64,000 nt of DNA from an uncultured Candidatus Saccharibacteria bacterium (GCA_964529025.1 CAZGUZ010000002.1:6885-70884), one strand, 5' to 3'. Shown: positions 48,999-58,870, numbered from the stretch's first letter. Notes: generated by a model not told the origin, from the sequence alone. Numbers and translations are program-made.

Positions 48999-50459
48999 TT
49001 ACCACACTATGTGTTCGTGGGCTCTGCCGTTCTTAATTTCAATCACTCGCTTAAAACCTACTTTATCGATAAAGAATCGATCATGCGAAACGGCAATGAT
49101 TGACCCTTCGTATTTCATAAGAGCCGATTCTATAACCTCACGTGAAGGAATATCGAGGTGATTTGTTGGTTCATCGAGAAGTAAACATTCATTATGCTGA
49201 TGAGTGAGCTTTGCAAACATGAGTCGCACTCGCTCGCCCATACTGAGTGATGAAATCTTTTTGAATACATCGTGGTTCGAAAACAAGAAGCCTCCCAGAA
49301 TAGCACGTGGATCATGTGTAGCAACTAGATTAGGTGTGCTCAAAAACTCTTCAAGAACTGTGCGATTAAGATCAGTAAAATCTTGCTCTTGGGCGAAATA
49401 CCCAACCGAGATATTGTCTCCAACTTTTACCACCCCACTATCTTGTGCCATCTTATTCATCATAATCTTAAGTAATGTGGTCTTTCCTGAGCCATTGATT
49501 CCTGAAAGCAATACACGCTCTTGTCCTCGAACTTCAAATGATATATTGTTAAGAACTTTCACTGGGCCAAAGCTCTTAGTGACTGAATTTATGCGATAGA
49601 CAAGTTTTGAACGTGCTGCTTCGCCTTCGAGGTGTGCTCCATGTATCTTTTTGTGTAGCCCTATGCGTTGGATTTCTTTATCAAGAATTTCACGCTGCAA
49701 ATATTTTTCTTTTGCTCGTATCATTCTACCTTTACTTGGATCGGGATGGACGGTTGCTTCGACTCGTTTGCGAGCGAGCCATTCTTCGAGTCGCTTCTTT
49801 TCGCGTTGTTGTCGGTCGTAAGCCTCATTGTGAATCTGTTCACGACGAGCACGTTCGACAAGATACGAACTGTAATTGCCTACATATTCATGCACACTAC
49901 GCTCGCGTGGACTTATTTCAAGGATTTTAGTAACCGTTGCATCAAGCAGACTTCGATCGTGAGATATGAGTATAACACCACCCTTAAATGACTGAATGAA
50001 ATGCTCAAGCCAATTTATTGTCGCTCGATCAAGGTGGTTTGTTGGTTCATCGAGGAGTAAAAATGTTGGTTTATTGCCAAGAACTTTTGCAAGTGACAAC
50101 CGGCGCTTTTGTCCACCACTCAAATCGTGCACAAGTGTACTTGGGGCAATATGACCAAGTCCGACATCGTGCAATGCTTTTATTTGTTGTGCAACAGGAA
50201 CCGTAGCAAGGTAGGTCGCCACAGTGTCAGTTACTTGGTACTCAATGTCTTGTGGTAAATATCCAATTCTTTCATGGTCAATGGCTATTGAACCAGCATC
50301 TGGTTCATGGAGACCAGCTATAGAACGCATAAGTGTTGTTTTACCACTACCATTAGGACCAACAATTCCCAATCTATCACCAGCTGTAATTACTATACTT
50401 ACTTGTTCGAATAGTGCTTCACCGAGTATGTGTATGCTTATATTTTTTATTTTTATCAT
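48999..50459 (-). CDS. ABC-F ATPase, possible ribosome-protection type
   Basis: GPNGSGKT/LSGGQ/LLDEPTNHLD and GINGSGKT/LSMGE/LLDEPTNHLD; start at ATG 50459. Confidence 0.92.
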   Translation of the reverse strand: MIKIKNISIHILGEALFEQVSIVITAGDRLGIVGPNGSGKTTLMRSIAGLHEPDAGSIAIDHERIGYLPQDIEYQVTDTVATYLATVPVAQQIKALHDVGLGHIAPSTLVHDLSGGQKRRLSLAKVLGNKPTFLLLDEPTNHLDRATINWLEHFIQSFKGGVILISHDRSLLDATVTKILEISPRERSVHEYVGNYSSYLVERARREQIHNEAYDRQQREKKRLEEWLARKRVEATVHPDPSKGRMIRAKEKYLQREILDKEIQRIGLHKKIHGAHLEGEAARSKLVYRINSVTKSFGPVKVLNNISFEVRGQERVLLSGINGSGKTTLLKIMMNKMAQDSGVVKVGDNISVGYFAQEQDFTDLNRTVLEEFLSTPNLVATHDPRAILGGFLFSNHDVFKKISSLSMGERVRLMFAKLTHQHNECLLLDEPTNHLDIPSREVIESALMKYEGSIIAVSHDRFFIDKVGFKRVIEIKNGRAHEHIVW

Positions 50460-50466
50460 ATAGTTA

Positions 50467-50637
50467 GAAGAAAAAAACCAATAATTTCTATTGGGTTTTT
50501 TCTTCGCTCTTACTGCATATACATTACGAGATGCGTTCCGAAGCAAAAATTCCCAATAGTAAAACTGCCTGGGGTGTGAATCCCTTGAGTTCGTTGAGAA
50601 TGATGTTTGCTCGACGTTTCATACATATACTATACCA
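50467..50637 (-). promoter_or_regulatory. Putative attenuator with leaderless uORF upstream of ABC-F
   Basis: TATAGT-6nt-ATG; uORF 50524-50622 (32 aa); terminator 50467-50505; antiterminator CTATTGGG (50552-50559) inside uORF. Confidence 0.75.
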
Positions 50638-50716
50638 CAGGATATATGCTAGGTCGAGCGCTATTTAATCCACACAATATCATAGCGGTACATACGCCCA
50701 AGGACAGATTGGTCTT

Positions 50717-51223
50717 TTATACTTTTCGCTGTATAAGGCGCTCAAGGATACTCGATTCATCAGCATCATCCCTACCAAATCGATGTCGTTGTTCTTTCAT
50801 GATTTCAATGAGTTGCTGTGGTGGCATAAAACGTACCTCACTCAAGGCTTCGATATCATCCTTAGCGCGTAGACTTTCATCAATTGATATAAGATTACAC
50901 AAAAAATATATTGTAGTCTTTTCTATAGAAACATTACCTTTAGGAAAATTGATAACAATAGGGCCAAGGTAATCAACAATTTCTCCGGTTGCACCAAACT
51001 CTTCTCGTAAGCCTCGATAAAGAGTTTCTTCTATTGACTCACCAAGTTCTGGAGTCTCACGCATAAGAATATACAGATCCTTAAATTCCCCCAATGAAGG
51101 ATGTTCAAACTTTTTAAAGTAGTGTACTGCGACTTCGCCCTGAGCATTTTGCATAACTGCACCTATAGAAAGATGATATGGGTGATTCTCTGTGCCTTTG
51201 AAGTAGTTAGTTTTGGGTTTCAT
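50717..51223 (-). CDS. NUDIX hydrolase
   Basis: Variant Nudix box ETPELGESIEETLYRGLREEFG. Confidence 0.8.
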   Translation of the reverse strand: MKPKTNYFKGTENHPYHLSIGAVMQNAQGEVAVHYFKKFEHPSLGEFKDLYILMRETPELGESIEETLYRGLREEFGATGEIVDYLGPIVINFPKGNVSIEKTTIYFLCNLISIDESLRAKDDIEALSEVRFMPPQQLIEIMKEQRHRFGRDDADESSILERLIQRKV

Positions 51224-51352
51224 ATTTCTATCATATCTCTTTTTGAGACTTTGTTCAAAATTTGTTGGGTGACGAGCTGGCTACTAGCGTTTACAAAAGA
51301 CTAATTATATAGCTCACTCAAGAATATTGCACTAGTTTTACCGTTGTAATCT

Positions 51353-52102
51353 TTACTCATAGTTCCACGTACTTAAGTCAAAGTTGGTGAAATCATAGAA
51401 CTTACTATTTTCAAGATTATACTGACCAAGATATGGGTTGTTTGTTGTAAGTCTAAAAGGATTTTTCTGAAAGAGATATACCAGACCTTTACTTGGAACA
51501 CCCGGATACACCCATAATAGCCACTCCTCCCTTCCTAGAGTATATTCGTTGCGGAGATTAATTTGTTTGTACAGAAGCAAGTAAGCTACTAAGTGCTCTT
51601 CAAGAAAAAAGTTAATTTGGTTTTCACTCTTCTCTCTCTTATAAAATTTAATATCTTCATCGATCCATTTTTGGAAGAGCTCGTCTTTTTTATACAACTT
51701 CCTGAGTTCTCGAAGCTTTCCATCAAAATCTTTAGTGTTTATATAAAGATCGTTCCAGTTTTGATAGGTAAATGCATGCTGAATCTGTAGTTTCTGTTTA
51801 TTCTTCTGCACAAGATTTTGGAGTGCGTTCTTGTGCTTAATTACTTCGATCATGAATCTCTCTTTGAGGATACTCGCTCTATCATCTGATAAAAGATATA
51901 GGAAATCTCCGTAAATAAAATTTAATCCTATCTTTGGCTCCGTTACTTTGTTTATACCAAAATCAAGAATCCACTCAATGCATTTTTGAGCAGACTGACC
52001 GGTGGCAATTCGAGACATAGAGATTGGCATAGCCACCATTCCCCAACCTTTCGGAAATTTGTTTATACCAAAAAACTTGTTCTTTGGAAGTTTATTATTC
52101 AT
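51353..52102 (-). CDS. Putative tRNA-dependent cyclodipeptide synthase-like protein
   Basis: Motif order PISMS...CIEWI...FIYGDFLY...FFLEEHL...WVYPG resembles XYP-type CDPS; 249 aa. Confidence 0.5.
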   Translation of the reverse strand: MNNKLPKNKFFGINKFPKGWGMVAMPISMSRIATGQSAQKCIEWILDFGINKVTEPKIGLNFIYGDFLYLLSDDRASILKERFMIEVIKHKNALQNLVQKNKQKLQIQHAFTYQNWNDLYINTKDFDGKLRELRKLYKKDELFQKWIDEDIKFYKREKSENQINFFLEEHLVAYLLLYKQINLRNEYTLGREEWLLWVYPGVPSKGLVYLFQKNPFRLTTNNPYLGQYNLENSKFYDFTNFDLSTWNYE

Positions 52103-52166
52103 GGAGGCAATAGTATCAGAGAATCCCGAACTTGCTAAGTTAAAAGGGTGATCTAATCCACTCTAC

Positions 52167-52670
52167 TCACAAACCCTTCATCGCTGTCTCAAGAATTAAT
52201 GTATCTCGTTCTTTAATTAATTTGCCACCATAGTCATCCGTAGCACTACCTGAAACAAGTTTGAGTGCTTCTGTAATATCGACCCAGACTGGTTGTTCAA
52301 AGCCTTGAGTCATTTCGCGTTCTGTAAGAGTTGTTTCTTTTCTATCGCCGACTATCTTGCCGATATAACAGTATGAAGTTTGAATTACTGAATACCCTGC
52401 TCTATACTCAATAATTTTTCCTAACTCTGAAATAACTTCTACGTCAGAACCGATTTCTTCCATACATTCTCTACGGAAAGCTGCGATTCTATCCTCACCT
52501 TCTTCTATACCTCCTCCGGGTAATTTATAGTATTGATATTTTGAGACATGCAAAATAGCGACCTTATTGTTTGAATCAAAAACTACACCTCGAGATGCTG
52601 AGCGAGGTTTGTATGTATGAGCAACTTCATCGCTCACTTTGTCTGGATTTATGATTCTAAGAATTTGCAT
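52167..52670 (-). CDS. NUDIX hydrolase
   Basis: LPGGGIEEGEDRIAAFRRECMEEIG. Confidence 0.92.
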   Translation of the reverse strand: MQILRIINPDKVSDEVAHTYKPRSASRGVVFDSNNKVAILHVSKYQYYKLPGGGIEEGEDRIAAFRRECMEEIGSDVEVISELGKIIEYRAGYSVIQTSYCYIGKIVGDRKETTLTEREMTQGFEQPVWVDITEALKLVSGSATDDYGGKLIKERDTLILETAMKGL

Positions 52671-52725
52671 TTTTGTTAAGTTAGTTGATTAGCTGCCCCA
52701 CACAAAACTGAGACTAATTTAAAAA

Positions 52726-53493
52726 CTAATTTATTATCTTAGAGATAAAACTATGCAATTCTGGGTTTGCAGCAAGCATTGTTGTATCTTTAAATGTCCA
52801 GGGTTTGCCTGTTGTGGCTGTTATTTTACAGCCAGATTCTTCGAGGATAAGCGAAGGTGCTGCATGATCCCATAATTCTCCTCCATTTGTGGCAAACCAA
52901 TCCCTTCTTCCAGTTGCAACATAGAGTGTATTAATCCCCATACCATAGAAACTTGTTGTAGACACCTTACCTGTTGAACTTGCATTGAGCATCTTTTGAA
53001 GCTTAACGATATCATCAGATCTTAGATTACCGCTGTAGCATCCTACGGTATTATCAAGAGACTTCATCTGTGTGCATGTAACTCTTTCATTGTTCAAATA
53101 GGCACCCGCACCTCTTTTTGCATAGCAAAGTTCGTCGTGTATTGGATCGTATATCACCGCCAATTCAACAACTCCCGCTTTTGCTCGTGCTATTAAAACT
53201 GTGTATAAAGGAATACTTTTTGAAAAGTTGAGTGTTCCATCGAGTGGATCAATTATCCAAACGTACTCGGCATCTGTATTTGATTCTCCGGTTTCCTCAG
53301 AAATGATTCCGTCCTGAGGAAATTCTTTTTTGATTGATTCGGTAATAAATTTATTAGAAGCAAGATCTGCTTGTGTTACTACATCGAGTGCATGCTCTTT
53401 AATATATTGAACTTCGGCTTTCTTAAAAAATTCGAGAGTAATCTTACCTGCTTGTTTTGCTATATCCTGAATGAATTGTTCTGGATTTGTCAT
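52726..53493 (-). CDS. Inositol monophosphatase family protein
   Basis: VTQAD, ISEE, WIIDPLDGTLNF, WDHAA. Confidence 0.93.
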   Translation of the reverse strand: MTNPEQFIQDIAKQAGKITLEFFKKAEVQYIKEHALDVVTQADLASNKFITESIKKEFPQDGIISEETGESNTDAEYVWIIDPLDGTLNFSKSIPLYTVLIARAKAGVVELAVIYDPIHDELCYAKRGAGAYLNNERVTCTQMKSLDNTVGCYSGNLRSDDIVKLQKMLNASSTGKVSTTSFYGMGINTLYVATGRRDWFATNGGELWDHAAPSLILEESGCKITATTGKPWTFKDTTMLAANPELHSFISKIIN

Positions 53494-53595
53494 AGAGTAA
53501 CGTTATCATATTTGAAGAAAAATGACATAGTAAAACCCAGACCGAATTGTCTGGGTTGAAGTTATGTGCCCACACGCCAATACCCTAATCCAGAC

Positions 53596-53624
53596 AAAAA
53601 AACGCGTCGGAGGAATCCGACGCG
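53596..53624 (-). terminator. Terminator after peptidase E gene
   Basis: Minus strand CGCGTCGGA-TTCC-TCCGACGCG-T7. Confidence 0.8.
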
Positions 53625-53656
53625 CTGTTCGTGGGTTGGTGATGAGGATGGGCATT

Positions 53657-54214
53657 TTATAATATTTTGAACTCGTATTCGGACAGATGAAGCTCTTCCA
53701 AATCACAACCGACATCATCTAGTTTGTCTTTATACTCTTCTTTGTAATGTGGAATAATTTTGAATGGCAAAATACCGAGCCCCTCAAAGACACCATCTGC
53801 GTGTGGGCTGTAAAAATACTTACACCAGACATTTGCCCCAGCTGATTCTCCTGCAACCACTTTACCCTGAAGATATTTGTGAAGTTCTGGGTACTTCTTT
53901 AATGCACCGAGAAGCTTTAAGCTTACACCGCCATGGAAATAAATAATATCTGCATTTTTGACCTGATCGACAAAATGATCTTCGTTCGCGGTCTCAATAA
54001 AGATTTCCCTATCACCTTTCACACTATTGAATTCAGTAGTTACCTTTTCAATCGCACGGGGTATACGATCAGAATCTTTGGCAAATGGCACAAGTAGTAG
54101 GCGCTTACCCTGAGAATCGGCTTTTAAAATTGTCGAGTAAAAATCACTGTTATCTCTTCCTTTTTCTTCTGTATTAAATCCTCCATGGAGGATAAAAGTA
54201 ATATCCTTATTCAT
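53657..54214 (-). CDS. Peptidase S51 (peptidase E / GATase1-like)
   Basis: ADIIYFHGG, GESAGA, IIPHY. Confidence 0.85.
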   Translation of the reverse strand: MNKDITFILHGGFNTEEKGRDNSDFYSTILKADSQGKRLLLVPFAKDSDRIPRAIEKVTTEFNSVKGDREIFIETANEDHFVDQVKNADIIYFHGGVSLKLLGALKKYPELHKYLQGKVVAGESAGANVWCKYFYSPHADGVFEGLGILPFKIIPHYKEEYKDKLDDVGCDLEELHLSEYEFKIL

Positions 54215-54244
54215 GTATTATTCTATAATCTAAATCGTCCTGGT

Positions 54245-54847
54245 CTAACCCAAAAACTTATCTGGAAAATTTCCTGACTGTTCCCAAGCAAATTTATGTC
54301 TTTCCTTAAAAGCGACCTTTACTTCTGGTAAAACAATCTTTCTCTCCCAATCTTTCTTTAGTTTATTTCTGTTTGATTCCATTAATTCTGGAATAGATTT
54401 CTTATTATTTTCCTTAAAATAAATTGACCAGAATGGACCGATAAGATGAGATGCGGCATCAGCAGAAGAAACAATTTTTACTTCAATTGGGGCTTCGTTA
54501 AGATCGATTTCCATCTTTTTTTCAAAGATAGCAAGATATGTAATTACTTTATCAACAAAGCCTTCATTCAATCCGATCTCAAGTAATTTTGTGCGTCCCT
54601 CTTCAAACATCTTCTCATCATGTTCATTGTCCTTATCTAGAATTTTGGCATAATCATGAATCCAGACCAAAGCCATTACTACATCTCTGTCGGCATCTTT
54701 ATAAATATCACATAGTTCAAAAGAGATCCTCTCGACAAAATTCAAATGGAGATCGACAAACCAGTCATGGTGAATAAACGTAGGATTTTTTGTTGCGTCA
54801 ATCACATGATTCTTAAACTGCCCTAAAAGCTTAGTGTTTGATGGCAT
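54245..54847 (-). CDS. HD-domain protein
   Basis: HLNFV...WIHDYAK...SSADAASH. Confidence 0.8.
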   Translation of the reverse strand: MPSNTKLLGQFKNHVIDATKNPTFIHHDWFVDLHLNFVERISFELCDIYKDADRDVVMALVWIHDYAKILDKDNEHDEKMFEEGRTKLLEIGLNEGFVDKVITYLAIFEKKMEIDLNEAPIEVKIVSSADAASHLIGPFWSIYFKENNKKSIPELMESNRNKLKKDWERKIVLPEVKVAFKERHKFAWEQSGNFPDKFLG

Positions 54848-54952
54848 ATATCAATATTAACTTAATTTTCTTTATTGTCATACCAAATCGGTGGTGTTCA
54901 ATAATCTAGAAATTTATACGTAACGCTCTGTAAGTATATTTATAGCCATGAT

Positions 54953-55933
54953 TTAGGCTTTAGGATTCAAGAGATCTCTGTTTTTCTTCAAATACTCCTG
55001 AATAACAGCTATTCTCTCGGGTCGATTTGTTGTGTGCCAGCGTGGGATTCGCCCATGGCTACTCACAATGATAGCTGCATGGAGAACACTTCGATCAAAA
55101 TCTTTTTCTCCGAAATAACCCTTTATCATCTGCTCTGCCGCCTCTTCTGAATTATAGTGCGAGACTGCTATGATAATTGCCAAACCAAGATCTAAGATAG
55201 GATGATTAAAAGCTGGAGTTGGATCAAAAATAGTTAATGGTTCTGTAGCAAATACATTGTATGCTGAAAAATCATTGTGGCAGTATGTACTTCGCTTATC
55301 ATGAGCTGCTTGCTGTTTGATTATTTCAATAGCCTGATCAATTGATCCATGATCTGAATCATTAAGAAGTCGGTGTTCTTGAGTGTATTTAAGTCTCTTT
55401 GAAATATGCATTGGAAACCATTCGGAGAAAGTTTTGTAATCAGGTTTACCATTATGCACGGGTCCGTAACCGTCGACATTTCTTGTATGCATCTTTGCGA
55501 GGAGAGATCCAAGTGAATGGAATATATTCCGTGACAGCATTTCTTCCAAAGAATATGTTTGACCTAGAATTGGTGCATCGACATACTTCATAAGTGTATA
55601 TGGTCTATCACCCACATAACCCTCTTCTACTATATGTGGTACTGATACTCCATCTTCTTCCCAGGTTTTGAGAAAGGCCCCTTCTCCTTCTATGGGCTTA
55701 GGTAAAAGTGTTATCTTGAGTACGTACTTATTTTCTTCTGCATTAATGATTGATACGAGAGAAGTTTGGCCGGCTTGAGCGAATGTGATTTCTACTTCTT
55801 TGTCTTTAAAAAGTTTGTGGCTGGAAATGAAATCACTGATTTTTGGAACGAGTTCTTTTTTTATTTGATTGCGGCTTTCGTCAACGCTGTGTTCAGAGAG
55901 TTTTGGTTTGTTGAGAAAGGTTGGGTTTTTCAT
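54953..55933 (-). CDS. Aminoglycoside phosphotransferase/kinase-like protein
   Basis: YVLK, LAKMH, CHNDFSAYNVF, IFDP; start at ATG 55933 after TATAAT. Confidence 0.85.
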   Translation of the reverse strand: MKNPTFLNKPKLSEHSVDESRNQIKKELVPKISDFISSHKLFKDKEVEITFAQAGQTSLVSIINAEENKYVLKITLLPKPIEGEGAFLKTWEEDGVSVPHIVEEGYVGDRPYTLMKYVDAPILGQTYSLEEMLSRNIFHSLGSLLAKMHTRNVDGYGPVHNGKPDYKTFSEWFPMHISKRLKYTQEHRLLNDSDHGSIDQAIEIIKQQAAHDKRSTYCHNDFSAYNVFATEPLTIFDPTPAFNHPILDLGLAIIIAVSHYNSEEAAEQMIKGYFGEKDFDRSVLHAAIIVSSHGRIPRWHTTNRPERIAVIQEYLKKNRDLLNPKA

Positions 55934-56002
55934 TTGTTTATTATATCTCGTTTTTGGGGTTGTGGGGGGGTGGAAATTTGTGCTGACACACTTAACTCTC
56001 AC

Positions 56003-56566
56003 CTATTCTTCAATGATTTTCACAATTTTGAGAGCTGGATAATCATCTTTATTCTCAAATGACTTTCTGTAGTATTCGTTCCAGTAGCTCGTCATTCGCG
56101 ATTTTGTCTTTTCCCAAAAGATGGGATTATCAGTAATAAATTTCTTATACAGAGCTTTATCTTTTTCAACAGCTCCTTTTGTCATCTCGACTATTTCTAT
56201 AACGTATTCCCCTAGCAACATAACGACAAAAGGCACTGTCCAAGGTGTCTCGTTCTCGAGGATTTTCTTCAAATGCTTTTGGCGAACGAAACCATCGTGG
56301 TGTCTTGTATATATACAGCTTAAAACTAACTGCTGTGTAGCGGTAAGACTACTGGTAGCAGAACTATCAGGCTCAGGGTTATATATTCTTGAGTAAATTC
56401 GAATCGAATCAGACTCTACAGAGAGAGTTTCTTCTGTCTTATGTGGAAGATGTTTGCTTTTGGGAATAAGCATAGCCACAACCTCCACATCTGAATTAAG
56501 GGTTGATGGAAACATTTCAAAAAATGCTTCGGACTCTTGTTTTGTTTTCTTGAGCAGATTAAACAT
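56003..56566 (-). CDS. Conserved hypothetical protein
   Basis: CIYTRHHDGFVRQKHL...PFVVMLLGEYVIEI...SYWNEYYR. Confidence 0.75.
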   Translation of the reverse strand: MFNLLKKTKQESEAFFEMFPSTLNSDVEVVAMLIPKSKHLPHKTEETLSVESDSIRIYSRIYNPEPDSSATSSLTATQQLVLSCIYTRHHDGFVRQKHLKKILENETPWTVPFVVMLLGEYVIEIVEMTKGAVEKDKALYKKFITDNPIFWEKTKSRMTSYWNEYYRKSFENKDDYPALKIVKIIEE

Positions 56567-56675
56567 ATGAAACATTATATCTCTTATCAAGATTTTTACT
56601 ACATTGAATATATTTGGAGAACTGTACTGAGCAAAATTATGCGCTTTGGCAGCCAGACCTTTCTTGTGTTATTTA

Positions 56676-57779
56676 CTAAGGGTACTGAAACAAATTATTC
56701 AAATCAAGTATCCTTCCTATACTTTCTGCACGACCTGTTTCTACGAATGTAGGTATACCCAAAACGCAACCGGAATCCTTGACTGCTATTCCACCAGAAT
56801 TTCCATGCTCTATTTTTGCGGAGGTTTTTATATACCTCACCCCATTATCATCTTCAAAGCCAGAGATTATACCATCCGTAACAGTAAGAGATGAACCACC
56901 AACTCCAGGATATCCTAAAACAGATAAGTGGTCCCCGATACTTACAGACTTACAATAAGTAGTTAAATTTTTACTTTTAGCATATTTTGCTAAATCATTC
57001 TTGTTGCCAGCACGCGCTGTGTTTATGATCTGGGGAAAGATATAAGCAAAATCTGTACCGTACTTATATATTTGGTATCCAGAGGACTTATATACTAAGT
57101 AATTATCGGTCTCACGATAATTTGGATACAGGATCACAGCGCACTGCGATGTCGATCCATCTGATGTTTCAACAACGTGAAGATTGGTCTCTATAAAATA
57201 TGCTGATGGATCGTTTGATGGAGAATAATAAAGGAGACCGGACCCGACCTGCAAGTTGTCACCGTAGGCATCTGAGGCACACACCACCTTCACAACAGCT
57301 GAAGATAACGACGACAGCAAGTTACTTATATTCCCAGAAGGGTTTTGCCTTGTATTCGAATTAATGTCAGCTTCGAGCCTTTGAATTTGAGTATCTTTCT
57401 TGCTTAACTCTTTTTCTTGAGTAGTAAGTCGCTGAGTCGTTGAAGAGGCCATATCCAGTAATTTTGCCTGTGTTTCTTGTAATTGCTTTGAAGTTTGCAG
57501 AATCACTGATTGAGTTTTTTTATATGATTCATACAGGTGTTGCCAAGCGAGAATTGCAGATACTGCGAGTAAAACAGCTAGAATAATTCCCCCTATCACT
57601 AATGGGCTAGTTTTTTTAGTCTGTTTGACTTTTCTCATTGTCAAAGACACGTACGTCGAGACTCTTTTTACTAATGTATTCTGAAGAAAAAAACTATTGT
57701 TATGGACTTCTTTTCCACAATTGTCACAAAAATTATGCCCCTCATCAATTTCCATGCCGCAGTTACTACAAAAAACCAT
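56676..57779 (-). CDS. Zinc-ribbon, TM, coiled-coil, trypsin-like serine protease
   Basis: CSNCG...CDNCG; TM; TNLHVV, TDFAY, HGNSGG triad. Confidence 0.85.
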   Translation of the reverse strand: MVFCSNCGMEIDEGHNFCDNCGKEVHNNSFFLQNTLVKRVSTYVSLTMRKVKQTKKTSPLVIGGIILAVLLAVSAILAWQHLYESYKKTQSVILQTSKQLQETQAKLLDMASSTTQRLTTQEKELSKKDTQIQRLEADINSNTRQNPSGNISNLLSSLSSAVVKVVCASDAYGDNLQVGSGLLYYSPSNDPSAYFIETNLHVVETSDGSTSQCAVILYPNYRETDNYLVYKSSGYQIYKYGTDFAYIFPQIINTARAGNKNDLAKYAKSKNLTTYCKSVSIGDHLSVLGYPGVGGSSLTVTDGIISGFEDDNGVRYIKTSAKIEHGNSGGIAVKDSGCVLGIPTFVETGRAESIGRILDLNNLFQYP

Positions 57780-57784
57780 ACTAT

Positions 57785-58870
57785 TTATACAGATAAAAGA
57801 AAACTTTTTACTCTATCATTATAAATTTTATAATATTCAAGACTACTTTGTGCAGAAGAATTGTAATCTTTCAAGTAATACTCCATTGATTTACAGAGGT
57901 AGTTGGCGGCATAGTACAAATCGTCTGCAGCATTTACGTAAGTAGACGGCATGCCTGTGAATCTGTCATTTAGTTCTAAAGCATCACTTTGCGCCGTACT
58001 ACATGCTGAAATTGCGGCTCCGAGATACAGGTTGGCAGAGTTATACTCACCATCATTCCAATCTGTTATCCCTTTTAATGCATTACCGAGTCCGTTTGAA
58101 GTAAGATTATTGTATATAGTCGTCAATTGACTGACAAAAGATTTTGCGACCTCTAGCGAACGAGCCGCAGATGCTTTTGATTGAGCATCGATTGCTGCTT
58201 GTTGTGCATTTTGCTCAGCTCTAACCTTTGCGGCTTGAGCAGCCGCTGCTGCTGCCTTATTCTTTTCTGCCTGTGCCGCAGCTACTACAGCCTCTCTCTT
58301 ACTTGTGTTTACCTCACCTTCAAGCACAAGTACAAGACTATCCTGTACTTTTTTTATTTCGGCTTGAACATTTTCATATTCTGGGTAACTCGAATCTATT
58401 GATTGAAGTTCGCTGAGAGCTTTCTTTAAACTGCCAGATGAAGTGGTTGTTGCTGTTGAAGTAGCATTTTGGATTGCAACAGCATTGTCGAACGATGTCT
58501 TGAAAGAAATAAATTTTAGACCGTCAGACCTTATAGTATCTATTCTGGATTTTTGACTTTCTGATATTTTTTTATTTTCTAACTGGAGCAAAGTGTTGAT
58601 TGACTCCTTGTAGTTACCAGTCGATTGCAATTCTTTTGCTGAGTTTATTTTTGACTCAACTAAATAATACGCATATCCCTTTGATCCACCGTAAACTAGA
58701 CCGCCTAAGAATATTAAAATTACTATCGTCAATACGATTGGGCTTCTCCAGGTGAGCTTAAAAGAATACTTTGCAGTAACTTGTCGAGATAATTCTAGCA
58801 AATCACTTCCGCAAGACCGACAGAACCTACTACCTGAACGATTTTCCTTGCCACATTGATCGCAATGCAT
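57785..58870 (-). CDS. Zinc-ribbon membrane protein with helical ectodomain
   Basis: CDQCG...CRSCG; one TM; Ala-rich coiled region. Confidence 0.8.
   Translation of the reverse strand: MHCDQCGKENRSGSRFCRSCGSDLLELSRQVTAKYSFKLTWRSPIVLTIVILIFLGGLVYGGSKGYAYYLVESKINSAKELQSTGNYKESINTLLQLENKKISESQKSRIDTIRSDGLKFISFKTSFDNAVAIQNATSTATTTSSGSLKKALSELQSIDSSYPEYENVQAEIKKVQDSLVLVLEGEVNTSKREAVVAAAQAEKNKAAAAAAQAAKVRAEQNAQQAAIDAQSKASAARSLEVAKSFVSQLTTIYNNLTSNGLGNALKGITDWNDGEYNSANLYLGAAISACSTAQSDALELNDRFTGMPSTYVNAADDLYYAANYLCKSMEYYLKDYNSSAQSSLEYYKIYNDRVKSFLLSV

Noticed and set aside
55955-55975. G-quadruplex at GGGGTTGTGGGGGGGTGG
   Set aside because: Lacks four G3 tracts; isolated; no supporting context.
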